Shown here: positions 39,927 through 52,480 of the stretch, piece after piece | How positions within the stretch are numbered: position 1 is the first letter of the stretch | Layout of the letters: every line of letters starts with the position of its first letter | Source of the DNA: Octopus sinensis | Taxonomy: Eukaryota | DNA: 64,000 nt | NCBI RefSeq assembly: GCF_006345805.1 | Contig: NC_043009.1 | Location: forward strand, 32,178,001 to 32,242,000 | Reading direction: 5' to 3' | The notes under the pieces: generated by a model | Databases searched by the model: none | Told to the model about the DNA's origin: nothing | The model's input: the letters and a program-made list of their open reading frames with translations, nothing else | Made by a program: the position numbers and the translations under genes

Positions 39927-40435
39927 TGTATGTATGTATGTATGTATCGTTGCTATTATGCAAAAGTTTCGTAAATCCAAAACGTTGCTTTTTCAGAAAA
40001 CAAGGAAATAGTTTCACCATTCCATATCAAAACCGTTGTACTACACTTTGACAATTTTTGATATCTTGGCATCTGAAGCAGCTGGAGATACGATAGTTTG
40101 ACCAAAAGAACCGGCATTGCAAGCAAAAATATCTATTGAAAAAGCAATTAAACATTTTGGCCAAATGTGGAGATACAACAGTTAAACATAATAGCAACGA
40201 CTATATGTATATATTTATGCGTGTGTATCTTTGTGTTTGTGTTTGTTCCCCCCACCATCACTTGACATCCGATGTTGGTGTGTTTATATCTCCGTAATTT
40301 AGTAGTTCGGCAAAAGAGTCCGATAGAATACCAGGAATAAGTCTTGGGTGGATTTCTTCGACTAAAAAACCCTTTAAGGGTATTTTAGCATGGACGCAGT
40401 CAAATGACTGAAACAACTACAAGAATAAAAGAATA
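39685..40435 (+). mobile_element. SINE family A interrupted by a MITE
   Basis: 5' half 39685-39850, microsatellite, insert 39947-40200, 3' half 40210-40435. Confidence 0.85.
39947..40200. mobile_element. 254 bp MITE, 14 bp perfect TIR, probable TA target
   Basis: tcgttgctattatg ... cataatagcaacga. Confidence 0.8.
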
Positions 40436-41490
40436 TGTATGTGTGCGTGCATACACACACATACTTACACACAGACACACACAAACACATATATATGGTA
40501 CCACCACGCAAATATTTTGATGTTTGATCACACGCGCACGTTACGTTTGATTGTAGTTTTAAATGAAAACACTTGACGGGAGTTATATACATATATCCGA
40601 TGCAAAAGCATATATCCATGTGTAAAGACGTAGAAAAATATGAATAAATCTATAGAGAATCTTGATAGATATTGTATTCCTGTATAAAATTTCAATAAAA
40701 ATTTCTTGTGACAAGCTTCTTGTGGAAACCAGAATTACAAAACTGTGAATATTCATAAATGGCAAAATAGGAGAAATATTGAGTTGATAAACATCACTTC
40801 ACTGAAATTGTCTATGTAAATAGCAGGTAAAAACATCTTCTGCAGTTGTTTAAAACGAAAGAAAATAAATAAGGGAGATGATTCCAGTAAGATCAGCCAA
40901 CCGAAGTATTTGAATATATACACAATGTAGATGAAAGTATATTTTGTCATTAAAGTCTAGTGGGGAAACCAAGCCGTAACACTTGATTTTAAAATGAAAG
41001 AAGAATGATTGAAGATGGACATAGAGTTGCATTGATCTTCATTCTTTTATATCATCAATCACAGCTAAATCCGTTATTGTCCGTTAGTTCTCTTAATTTA
41101 TGATTAGGGTTTGTTGAAAATCTTGAAGACATTTGGAAATTCTTTATACTTAGTGGTCTGCTTTTTTTTAAATATAAATTCGGTGTGAGTTAATTTAGGT
41201 CAAGTATGTATGCTAACTCAGGACAAATATAGAAATATGGATTTAATCTTGTACTTTGTGTGGTCAGATTGTGTTTGGGGTGGAGTAGAACACACAAAAA
41301 TGTATGTGTGTGTGTATGCAAATGTGCATAGTTATGTACACATAAAAACGATGGGACACAAAACGCAAATTCATGCACAAATGCATTTATACGCACAAAC
41401 GAACGCGTGTGTGTGTGTGTGTATGTATGTATATACATATATATATGTACGTGTGTGTGCACCTATGAAAACCAAATATTGATATAAAAG

Positions 41491-41539
<49 letters not shown>

Positions 41540-43931
41540 TATATATATATTATATATATACATATATATATATACGTACATATATGCATACATACAGAGA
41601 GAATATTCACGCACATGCATGCATCTATATATTTCGTAAAGTACCCATAATTCACCTGCAGAAATATGAATATTAAACACACACACTTCTGTATGAGTAT
41701 ATGCATATGTGTGTGTGTGTGCACGCGCGTTACATCTACTTTTCTATGAATTTGTATATATTTATACTAAGTATAGATATACACACATTTCCATGTACAC
41801 CTACATACATTCCTGCACACATGACATATACACACGCACACACAAATGTAAATATGTATGTATTCATGTGGTAATGGATGATGCAATATTACCAGATTTT
41901 ATCCCTCTCCTGCAGCTAATATTTATGGTAGAAATGATGAGGAAGCTGAAGATGACGGTGATGACGAGAAGAGAGTATGGAAGTAGATAGTGTTTCTATT
42001 TAATGTTGCTTTCCCTATTCTGATTTCATTCTAGCTGACAGCTCATGAATAAATCAGCTCTTGTTTTAAGGAGATGCCTTCTACCAAAGTGGTTAAGCAT
42101 GCTTTATTTCTCTAAAACTAAAACATCACAAATAAAATAAGAACAACGTCATAAATAGCAAAATAATAATAATAATAATAATAAACACCAACATACAAAC
42201 AAATAAATAATAAGCAAAAATGATATGAAATGAAAGTAGAAAAGAAAGAACTTGTTTACATTTCCCATGTCAGAAATATTTCCACCGAAAAGATCAGGAT
42301 CTTGGAGAGTGTAAAAATCACATTTGAAAAATCTACCTATTATTATAGCCATAGCATGAAGTGTTTGTGGCATTCACTTGCGCAAAGTTGTTTTAGAAAT
42401 ATTTTTTTTTCTTTTTATTCCGTTATATGTGATATCAACACATATATTTTATTCATATTAGAATATCTCTCCGCAAAACTTTCCTAATTCAATCCACTCC
42501 CCTACTTGCAAGTCTCTTAGTAGATAGATCTGTAATCTTGTCACTGATAACCACTTATAACCAAAGAAACATGTAATATTTCACCATTTCTACAATGTCT
42601 AAATATTTTAGTAACTAAGAATATCATTCTTCTAGTTATTTCCTGAAAAAGCAAAAATAAAAAAAAACATTGCTTGCCAACTATTGTACATTATCGTATA
42701 TTATGCTGCATATCTTGTTTTAGTTTGCATTATTTTTGTCCTCCATTAATTGATGCAGAGCGAATATAAACATCGCTCTTCCTACTTGCAGCAAACAGGC
42801 GGCTTTAAAATTGAATTACTGTTTTCAGTCTTTCATAACGAGGACTATATTTCTTCGTAAATTAAGTTTATAAAACAGGAAGTAAAATATTTGCGATTCA
42901 ATATTTCATGTAGAAACGAGTAGCCTTATGCTCTCGTCTCCTTGAAGTTTACAGTATATAAATGCTTGAAAATTTTTTTTAATTATTACCATATAGTTTA
43001 CTGTTTAATGGAAGAGACCCTATAAATAAATTTTTATAGGTTTCAGCCGGAAGAGAAAGGATAGCTTCCTGTTTTTTTTTTCTTACATGAGCTTCAGATC
43101 TTATGAGAGGAAGTGCGAAAGCTATACTCATTCAATGATCTGTCTCCATAAATTTCAGCAATGTGGGGTTCGGTGAAGTTCCTATGGACAACTGCGGCAT
43201 ATTAGACTGGACAAAGCATCCTATATGCCATTAACGTAATTAAATGAAGAACCCACTTCATTTTCATGATCTGTTGGAGGAGACAATATACAAACACCTA
43301 CACATTCTATTCTAATGGAACAAAATATTATTTTATTGCTAGTAGTAGAGTCTTGAGTCAAGGATTTGAGAATATTATGCTAAATACTCACCCATTGTGC
43401 TTCTATATTGTACTGTGTAATCTTCCATACTTCTCAGAGACTGTTGTTTCTACAAAAGTCTGTTATGTCCAAAGGTTATTCAGTATAAACAGTAATAAAA
43501 TAAAGTTTATAAAAATCAATAATTTTAAAGAGGTAGTATTGTTAAATAAAACTGAAATATATCATTACACTATCTTATATTTCAATATCTTTTATTTCAT
43601 ATCTTTGATGAATTCTTATAACTATTTCCAGCTTTTTTAAAGATATTTTTTAAATGAAAAAGAAAAAGAAATCTTGTCAAATAAAGTATTTTGAGAAAAG
43701 TAACATTTCATTTAATTTTTTTCTTCAATTTTCGTATTTATTTTTCTTTTATTTTCAATTAAATATTTTTTTGTTATATATTGCTGTAATTGCTTAGATG
43801 TCAACACTTGTATTAGATATAGTAAGTTTACAGGAATCTACAGACATACATACAACATACACACATATACGCAGTCATACAGGAAGTGGCATTGGCGAAC
43901 CATCGAATATATATATAAATATATATATATT

Positions 43932-43986
<55 letters not shown>

Positions 43987-44146
43987 ATAGTTATCGCCAT
44001 ACTAATATGGCATTCTTATAAAAATAAGAAAAAAGCTGTCCGCTTATTAGCTCCATGAGGCCATCGCCTTAAGTTAGCTATTTGATACACAAACTGTATC
44101 CATATAACCTTCGAACAAGGGAGGTCAGTCGCTCCACACTACTTGA

Positions 44147-44200
44147 CCGGCAGCTACAGACGCGTTTCGGGGTATTGCCCCTTTTCAATGCAGCGTAGCC
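44147..44200 (-). ncRNA. minimal type-I hammerhead ribozyme, U3-A8 variant
   Basis: gctgca-TTGAAAA-GGGG-caata-CCCC-GAAAC-GC-GTC-tgtagc; 6 bp stem I, 4 bp stem II, palindromic ACGCGU stem III; cleavage predicted between 44159 and 44158. Confidence 0.85.
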
Positions 44201-44240
44201 AGCCAGTAGGTGTCGCTTCCGACAATCTCTGTTCGATGGT

Positions 44241-44290
44241 TTTATTTACCTAGTTTCGGTGGAATACATCCACTTGTTTTCAATAATAGA
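44241..44290 (-). ncRNA. second, imperfect hammerhead-like motif in the same monomer
   Basis: tatta-TTGAAAA-caa-GTGGA-tgtat-TCCAC-c-GAAAC-TAG-GTA-aataa; same U3-A8 core, stem I weak. Confidence 0.5.
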
Positions 44291-44633
44291 AATATTAAAA
44301 TAACTAAGTCTCTCTAAAAGAGAACAGCGGCAGCGTTCCCGGAAAATAATAGTTATCGCCATACTAATATGGCATTCTTATAAAAATAAGAAAAAAGCTG
44401 TCCGCTTATTAGCTCAAGTAGTGTGGAGCGACTGACCTCCCTTGTTCGAAGGTTATATGGATACAGTTTGTGTATCAAATAGCTAACTTAAGGCGATGGC
44501 CTCATGGAGCTAATAAGCGGACAGCTTTTTTCTTATTTTTATAAGAATGCCATATTAGTATGGCGATAACTATTATTTTCCGGGAACGCTGCCGCTGTTC
44601 TCTTTTAGAGAGACTTAGTTATTTTAATATTTC

Positions 44634-44672
<39 letters not shown>

Positions 44673-45322
44673 ATGAATGCCACAGACTGTTCTGAGAAAA
44701 ACATTCAGTTGGAGCTTCTTCAGACACTTATAAAACCATGAGAATCTTTCACTATTATGAGATAGATTTCACTTGATTCGGTTCTTAAAATTCTTCACCA
44801 CATCAAATAGAATCCTAGAAATGCTGGATGTCAGCATGGTAACAATGTCCGGTTATTTTAATATGCTATTCTACATCAGGGATGCAATATACTCCTGCTG
44901 TTCGTTTACATATAATCTTTTAGTTTTTTTCTCCTCTATACTTCAAGGAAAACTTCACGTGGTTACTGAACCCGTAAGAAACAGCAAATCCATCCCTCTA
45001 ATCACGTTATCGCCATTTAGGAACGTTGACATGAGATTTTGTAGCCTCGAGTTTCCTGTACATAGGAGGAGAGACTGTGGCTACGAGTCTATTTGCTCAG
45101 ATATAATCTAGGTTTAAATAACAACAAGAATAACAAGTCTTACTCCATGTTCTCCGTGTATTTCATATTGTTTTATTTCAATTAGTTTTAATGATTTTAT
45201 CACACCGTGTTTTTCGCTTTCTGTATTTCTTATATTTGTCCATCTTGATTCAAAAGCTTTATGTTTCTTCTATCTACCAACACACTCTTTCAACATCCCT
45301 TTTTCTCTCATATTTTTTCATG

Positions 45323-45365
45323 TATCCCTACATTTTACTGTCAACCTACCACCACCTCGTATATA

Positions 45366-45416
<51 letters not shown>

Positions 45417-45463
45417 GAGGTGGTGGTAGGTTGACAGTAAAATGTGTAGGGATATATGTATAT

Positions 45464-45534
<71 letters not shown>

Positions 45535-45571
45535 CGAGGTGGTGGTAGGTTGACAGTAAAATGTGTAGGGA

Positions 45572-45573
<2 letters not shown>
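45323..45573. repeat. ~40 bp unit in three copies (one inverted, two direct) separated by (TA)n
   Basis: acgaggtggtggtaggttgacagtaaaatgtgtagggata at 45415 and 45534; reverse complement at 45323-45360. Confidence 0.9.
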
Positions 45574-45609
<36 letters not shown>

Positions 45610-46099
45610 AGTGTCTCTGTGCGGTCACAAGTCATGTATATCCCATACGGTACATCATAATTAGACTTAGCGAGATATTTTCCGTCAAAGTGCTCAACAA
45701 ATTTTCATACATATATATTACATTGGGCCACAACGTAAAAGCAATAACTTAATGCAGTAAAGCAATAAAGAGAAAGGCTTAAATACTTGATATCTGATAT
45801 AAAGAAAAATTGTTTTGATCATACTTAGTGTGAGTAGAAAGTCTTCAAGTGTAGTTAGAAATCTAACCGTCACCAGGTCGGGTAAAAGCATTGGAATCCA
45901 TCTGTGACTAGCAGCATAAGGTTAGTAGTCACGTGGGATTAGTTATAAATCTATCGCGGTTTGGTGAAGTCGTGGAAACCTGACACTTTCGATCCATTCC
46001 GATGAAATATACGTTCCAGAAGGCTACCTAAAAAGGCCCAAAATGGAATCTACAATTTCTGTATGTATTTTTGTATGTATATAGATACATACATATATA

Positions 46100-46157
<58 letters not shown>

Positions 46158-47275
46158 TATATATATATTATATATACATATATATATACATGTATATATG
46201 TATGCATATATATATATATATATATATGTGTATATATGTATGTATATTTGAATCAGCGTAAGGTAGAAAGTGGTACACACATCCATCCATCCATCCATAC
46301 ATATATACATACATACATACATACATACATACATACATACATACATACATACAGAAACGTACAGCAGTATGCATGTCTTTACATTAAAACCTACTTTCTA
46401 TTTTTTGTGTCTTTCAAAAACCGATAGAATAAACAGTAGATAAAGACTGCAACCAACGAAATCGATTTTAAATTATATATATAAAAAAAATAATAATAGA
46501 TAAACTTACTCTTCAAGGTTTTGCTCCAGCATGGTCACAGTCCAATGAATGAAGCCAGAAAAAGAATAAAAGAAGGCTGGAAAGCAAAATAATTTGATTG
46601 ATAGTTACTGACCGTAACCATAGAAAGTGTCGCCTGAATCGTTGTTGCACAGAGCAAGTTGTTTAGTCAATGGGATATCAGGTTAACATTTAGTGAATTA
46701 AAAGATAAATGTGAAATGGACCTTAACGGATATACAATGTTGTTTGAAATGGGAAGCAGTGAAGTGTAATAAATGGTTTATCATTTCAAAATGTCACTTA
46801 AATGTAAACTTTAGTAATCTGTCCATAACATTGTGTAGATATTGTGACAGAGGAAGACAGGCGATTGTCAATCGTGTGTTGTCGATCTTGTAAAACCATT
46901 CTCTATACTTTTAGCTCATTGCTAAATCTGCCATTTCCTAGTGACACATAGACGGGCATCAATGGATCGTTCTTTCATATTCTTTTTTCTTATTTTTTTG
47001 CTTCTTCTATTTGTAATTATTTTATTTTTTGTATTTTAAAAATATGCTTCATGCATGAATATATGCTTGCACACACACATACACACACACAAACACCCAA
47101 CCGCGCACACACATACACAGTGACATCTATAGGAGTATGCACACAAATAAAAGCACATACATGCATACACTCCTACCCGTATGTATATATATATTGTCAT
47201 AATATTAGACGTTATATATATATATATATATATATACATTCATACATACATATATATATACATACATACATATAC

Positions 47276-47326
<51 letters not shown>

Positions 47327-47374
47327 ATATATATACATTCATACATACATATATATATACATACATACATATAC

Positions 47375-47426
<52 letters not shown>

Positions 47427-47569
47427 GCATTTATACCTATAAATGTATATGTATGTACACACACATACACGTATATGTATACATATATATATGCATGTAT
47501 GTATAGATATACATATACATTCATGTATATATGTATGTATATAATATATATATATATATATATACATAC

Positions 47570-48757
47570 ATACTTTGATACTTTGATACTTTGATAGGTT
47601 TCGGCCATTATTGGCCCAGGCCATGTCCAACTTAATAGCACCACCTGGTGAAGTCTTTCAAGTCAGAATTTGGGCACTATGGCCCACTCAAGTAGAGAGT
47701 TATTGTTTGCAGAGACATATCCGGGTGTAGGGGGTTTATCCGGGATTTCTTGAAGGAATCTGTCCAAAGACTTCTTGAACCCTGTAGGGTCAGTTTCTGT
47801 TTTAATGTGTTTTGGTGTAATGTTAAAGAGAGCGGGGCCAATTGAGGTGAAATAATTGTGCCGTGTTGTTGTTATGAGATGAGAGTGCGATTTTTGTTTT
47901 GGGCGGATGGCACGGGGCCCAAGCCTTGGATGTACCTTAAAGGTGATGCCAACATCATTTGGGCAATGCTGATGGAATATTTTCCACATCATGCAGATGA
48001 TGTAGCGCTCACGACGACGTTGGAGAGAATAAAGTTTTAGCTTTTCTAGTCGACCCCAATAGTCGAGGCCTGTCATGCCATCTATCTTTTTTGTGATTGC
48101 CCTTTGAGGTGCTTCAACTTTTATGATACCTTGTATTGTGTGGGGAGACCACAGTGGACAACAGTATTCAAGGTGGGGTCGGGCAAAAGTTTTTATGTTG
48201 CTGTGCTTGATGATGTCATTAATGTCATTAATGTAAATGATGAAAAGAAGTGGGCCCAGCACAGTGCCTTGCGGAACGCCACTACTGACTTTGGCTGGGC
48301 TTGATTTTACCCCTTCAACTACAACATGTTGAGATCTGTCTGTCAGGAAACACTTGATCCATTTCAGTAACTTTCCAGAGACACCAATGTTGGATAGTTT
48401 TTTCAATAGGATCTTGTGATCGACCCTGTCGAAGGCCTTACTGAAATCAAGGTAGATGACATCGGTGTTGGAGCCCTCTCCCAAAGCTCTCAAAATGTCA
48501 TCAAAGTGATGCAGGAGCTGCGTCAGGCAGTCCCTTCCATTACGGAACCCATGTTGGTTGGAGATCAGCCGTCTGTTGCTTTCCAGAAATTGATGATATG
48601 AGAGGTGAGTGAGATCGGACGGTAGTTCACTGCAAGGGACTTGTTTCTCCTTTTGAAAACTGGGACAGAAGGTTTTTTGGAATATAGCCAGCATCCAGTG
48701 AGTTTCTCCACAGATTAGCAAGGGGAGATGCAAGTTGGGCAAGGGGAGATGCAAGTA
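47570..48757 (-). mobile_element. CR1-clade LINE, 5'-truncated RT fragment with internal deletions and (TATCAAAG)n tail
   Basis: ORF 47663-48802 has QHGFR, YLDFSKAFDRV, GVPQGTVLGPLLF, RPHLEYC..WSPH, LYSLQRRRER and NNSLLEW; 8-mer tandem tail at 47571-47598. Confidence 0.95.
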
Positions 48758-48835
48758 TACATGTATATATATGTATAGGTATACGTAGATATGTACAGGC
48801 ATATATATATAGTTAAATAAGTGTGTATATACATA

Positions 48836-48878
<43 letters not shown>

Positions 48879-49083
48879 ATATGTGTGTGTGTGGTGTTTG
48901 TGTTAAATAAAATGAGATAAAAAAGGCCAAGGCAGTATGATATTTCTAGGACATTTATGAAGAGAAGGTAGTTTTACTACCAGGGATAGAATAGATATTC
49001 CATCATCAGAGACAGATTGAGAGAGTTTCAATAGAACGAAATAGTAGAATTCATTATATAAGACTTTATTAGGGAGAGCTACA

Positions 49084-49133
<50 letters not shown>

Positions 49134-49739
49134 TCAAAAATATTTATGTATGTATACTTACACACGGATAATATACACATACGCTCATAAACACACGCAA
49201 ACACACTTTCATATGCACATGCGCACACTGATGATACGCCAATGAGCAAAGTAGTCTCAGTGATGCAGTGACATTACCAAACCTTCAGTGCATCTCTCTA
49301 CACCTGCACATCTAAAATGTCCACCGGAATATTAACCAACGCCATCGACACGACCATCGACAGATGTAGCAGACGTGTCGTTCATATCTGGTCTATTTTA
49401 TCACAAAACACCGCGATTCTCTTCAAATGCTTTCTAAAATAGACAATTAGTTCCTTTATTCCATACCATGCATATTAGATATGTTGCTGATTTTCCTGTT
49501 CACATACGGTGTCGATTCATATTCTGTCGTCTCTTAATCAGATGAAGTGGAAATCAATAGGGAATTCATGCGGTGATGTTGTTAAGGGAGAAAAATAGGG
49601 AGTCCTTTATAATCTGGTAATTCTTCTCACATAATACAGTGGTTTTAGGAACAAATCGAATTAGCTGCCCGATCAAATTTATATTTACACCTCTTTCAAA
49701 CACTAAAATGATTAAAGCACCGATACCTCGTCCCGCACC

Positions 49740-49970
49740 AGCACCACCATCACCACCATCATCATCATCATCATCATCATCATGAGCGCTGCTATTATAA
49801 TTAATATTAACGTTAGTAGCAACAGAATAACCATCATCTCTATCACATTGTCACACACCCCTTCTCCCACATTACACTCCCCACCTCTAACAGTGTTATC
49901 AACATCACGATCGTTGTTATTATCGTGATTGCAATTATTACCTTTACAACCCATTGCTACCCTTATCACC

Positions 49971-50027
<57 letters not shown>

Positions 50028-50190
50028 GGTGTTATCTCCACCAACACCGCTGCTTTTTTCTTCTAAAAACAAAAGCCCCATCATCACTAATAAACGGTCC
50101 CACCACCACACCACCACCACCACCGCCACCACTCCATTCCTCAACACCATCCTCATCATCACCACCCTCATCACCACCATCACCAGTATC
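49740..50190. repeat. (CAT)n/(CAC)n trinucleotide low-complexity tracts
   Basis: Direct reading; explains the poly-H/M/D ORFs. Confidence 0.9.
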
Positions 50191-51884
50191 AACACATTGA
50201 TGCAATTTAATTTTAACTACATTAACAATTTCGTTAATTATTTTGAAATTACTTTGTTCAAATATTTACATCACGAATGTTTTACTGGAATAGTATGTTT
50301 CTCACCAGATATCACTTTAATGCTGGTGCCGTTGAGAACCATTATTTTCTGTCCATAATTGCTAGACAATTTCATTAGTTTCTCTTAGCTATTCTGTTTG
50401 ATCATCACACACAAGGTTTTTAAGGGTGTAAATTGATATTAAAGGCAAGTTTTTCAACAAGGTATCACTTCGTTTTTAATTGCCTATTTTTGTATATGCT
50501 TCTGTTTGTCCTTATTCCATCAAGCATTAATTCAAAGCATAATTTCTCTATTGGCTTAATAATGCCGTCCTTCTATAAATGATAGGATATATTAAATATT
50601 GTTTCAGCTTTAGTGACAAGTTCTATAGAGCAAGAATTAATATTTAAAACGTGTAGGAGATTACGAAAATTTTCATGAAAGTGGCAAATTATCTAATTCG
50701 ATAAAATTTTGGTCTTGTAACACTAAAAGAGTTTTGTTTGTCGATTTTATAGGTTACAAGAAGTAGATTAATCGATGAGTAGTTCGCATCCTGCTTCCGG
50801 AATTCCAGCAAATTAACCATTACTTCACAAACTTTTATCTCTTCTATTCATTCTGGTAAATGAATTATCTTTCGCAGCAATACTTTTAATACACTAGAAA
50901 TCCTTAATTTAGTCACGTATAATGTTACCAACCTGTTATTATTATCAAAAACAGAAAATCCCAAACTCTTTATTTCTCTAATGTTAACGACCAGTTATTG
51001 TTATCGAAAACTCTGTATCAAAGCGATCATAATAAGCGGCTTCCACTGCATCTATCTAAAATCAACTTACTGCTTCTGCATTATATTGTTAGTCAATCTA
51101 GTAGATGTGTCTAATAAATTTAGTTTCAAACCAATTATTGTAGAATTTGGCCGAGAGAAATCTTCAGATGCTGTCTAGATTTAGATGATTCAAATCTAGA
51201 CCACGTCATCCTTATGCCCATCGATCTGCCAGTGATGGCTGGTTATCATTTCTTGCTTTCCCTCTCAACTCCTCTCGCTTGTCTTCAATGGCAAGCGGCT
51301 ATCATCATCTCACTTTCTGTCAATTCCAGAATTAGCATCTTTCTAACACGCTGCACAGGTCATTTTCTGCTGCCAAATTTTCTTGGGACTAATATCCTTC
51401 ACTTCTGTTTTCGACAACTATCGTACCGTGTCAGTCATGACTCTACATTACAGCATTACAAACCATGAACATTTTCACATTTTATCAAACATTGCAATCG
51501 TAAAATACTTTCTCCGTGACACTTTCACAATGTATTACTATTCAGATAACGACCGATAGACCGGGAACCATAACTTAAGAAACACATATTACTATAGTAT
51601 AAGAAAAACCTGTTTCTGTAAGATAGCCTCTGCTTTGGACGCAAGTAAGGCTGCTTCCAAATGATTAAATGGTCACCGATTTGATCCTCCTACGTCATAG
51701 TTGGGCAAATGCCCTAAGGAATAGACTTGAGCCGATTACTGTCAGTGAAATCGAGTGGCTAACGATTGTGCGGAGGCATGTGTACGTGTAAGTCAGGCCT
51801 TGTCACACTGTTATACTGATCCTTGCTGAAGTGTAGAAGTAGCTGTAGAATACGCAGCCAATTGTACTCTAATAAAATATAATA

Positions 51885-52080
51885 GTTTCGAAGTTTGGCA
51901 GAGGACCAGCAATATCGGGAGAGGGGTAAGTCGATTACAGCGACCCCATTGTTCAACTAGTACTTATTTTCTCGATCCAGAAAGGCAAAGTCGACCTCGG
52001 CGGAATTTGAACTCTGAACGTGAAGAAGAACGAAAGGCAGCTATGCATTTTGCCAGTCGATTCTGCCAGTTCGCATCCTT
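51885..52080 (+). mobile_element. SINE family B copy followed by an (ATATA)n tract
   Basis: aagtcgattacagcgacccc...aaggcaaagtcgacctcggcggaatttgaactc. Confidence 0.8.
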
Positions 52081-52480
52081 ATATATTATATTATGTTATA
52101 ATATAATATAATATAATATAACATAACTTAACATAATATAATATAATAAAATATAATATAATATAATAATACGCAATATATATGATATAAAATATATACA
52201 CATTAATGGCGGTGCCCCCAAGCATGGCCACAGCTCGTGAGCTGAAACTAGATGAAAATGAAAATGATATATTATATATCATATTTAATATCATATGTTG
52301 ATTGAATAGCTGGAACATCCGTCATCGAAACTGGCTGTGATCGAACCATTTTTGCAGCAGGTAAGTCGATGGCTCTGTTGGGTTTAATCTATCCTCTGAT
52401 TGTGGTGAAAGTGTTTCCGATTTAAGTCAGTCTTCACACTGTTTCAGTTATGTAAACATGCCTGACCATCGTATACAGAA

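Larger units (their letters stand above)
43981..44639. mobile_element. HHR-bearing 362 bp monomer plus 73 bp partial second copy plus inverted ~225 bp segment, inside (TA)n
   Basis: Repeat starts at 43981 and 44343; inversion junction at 44414-44416; the inverted arm is a circular permutation running across the monomer boundary. Confidence 0.9.

Noticed and set aside
44773-45111. 112 aa non-repetitive ORF
   Set aside because: No recognisable motif or splice support; the opposite strand has only stop-interrupted frames.
47585-47635. GGCC-aataat-GGCC-GAAAC in the CR1 3' UTR
   Set aside because: Looks like HHR stem II plus GAAAC but has no CUGANGA; more likely the LINE 3' stem-loop.
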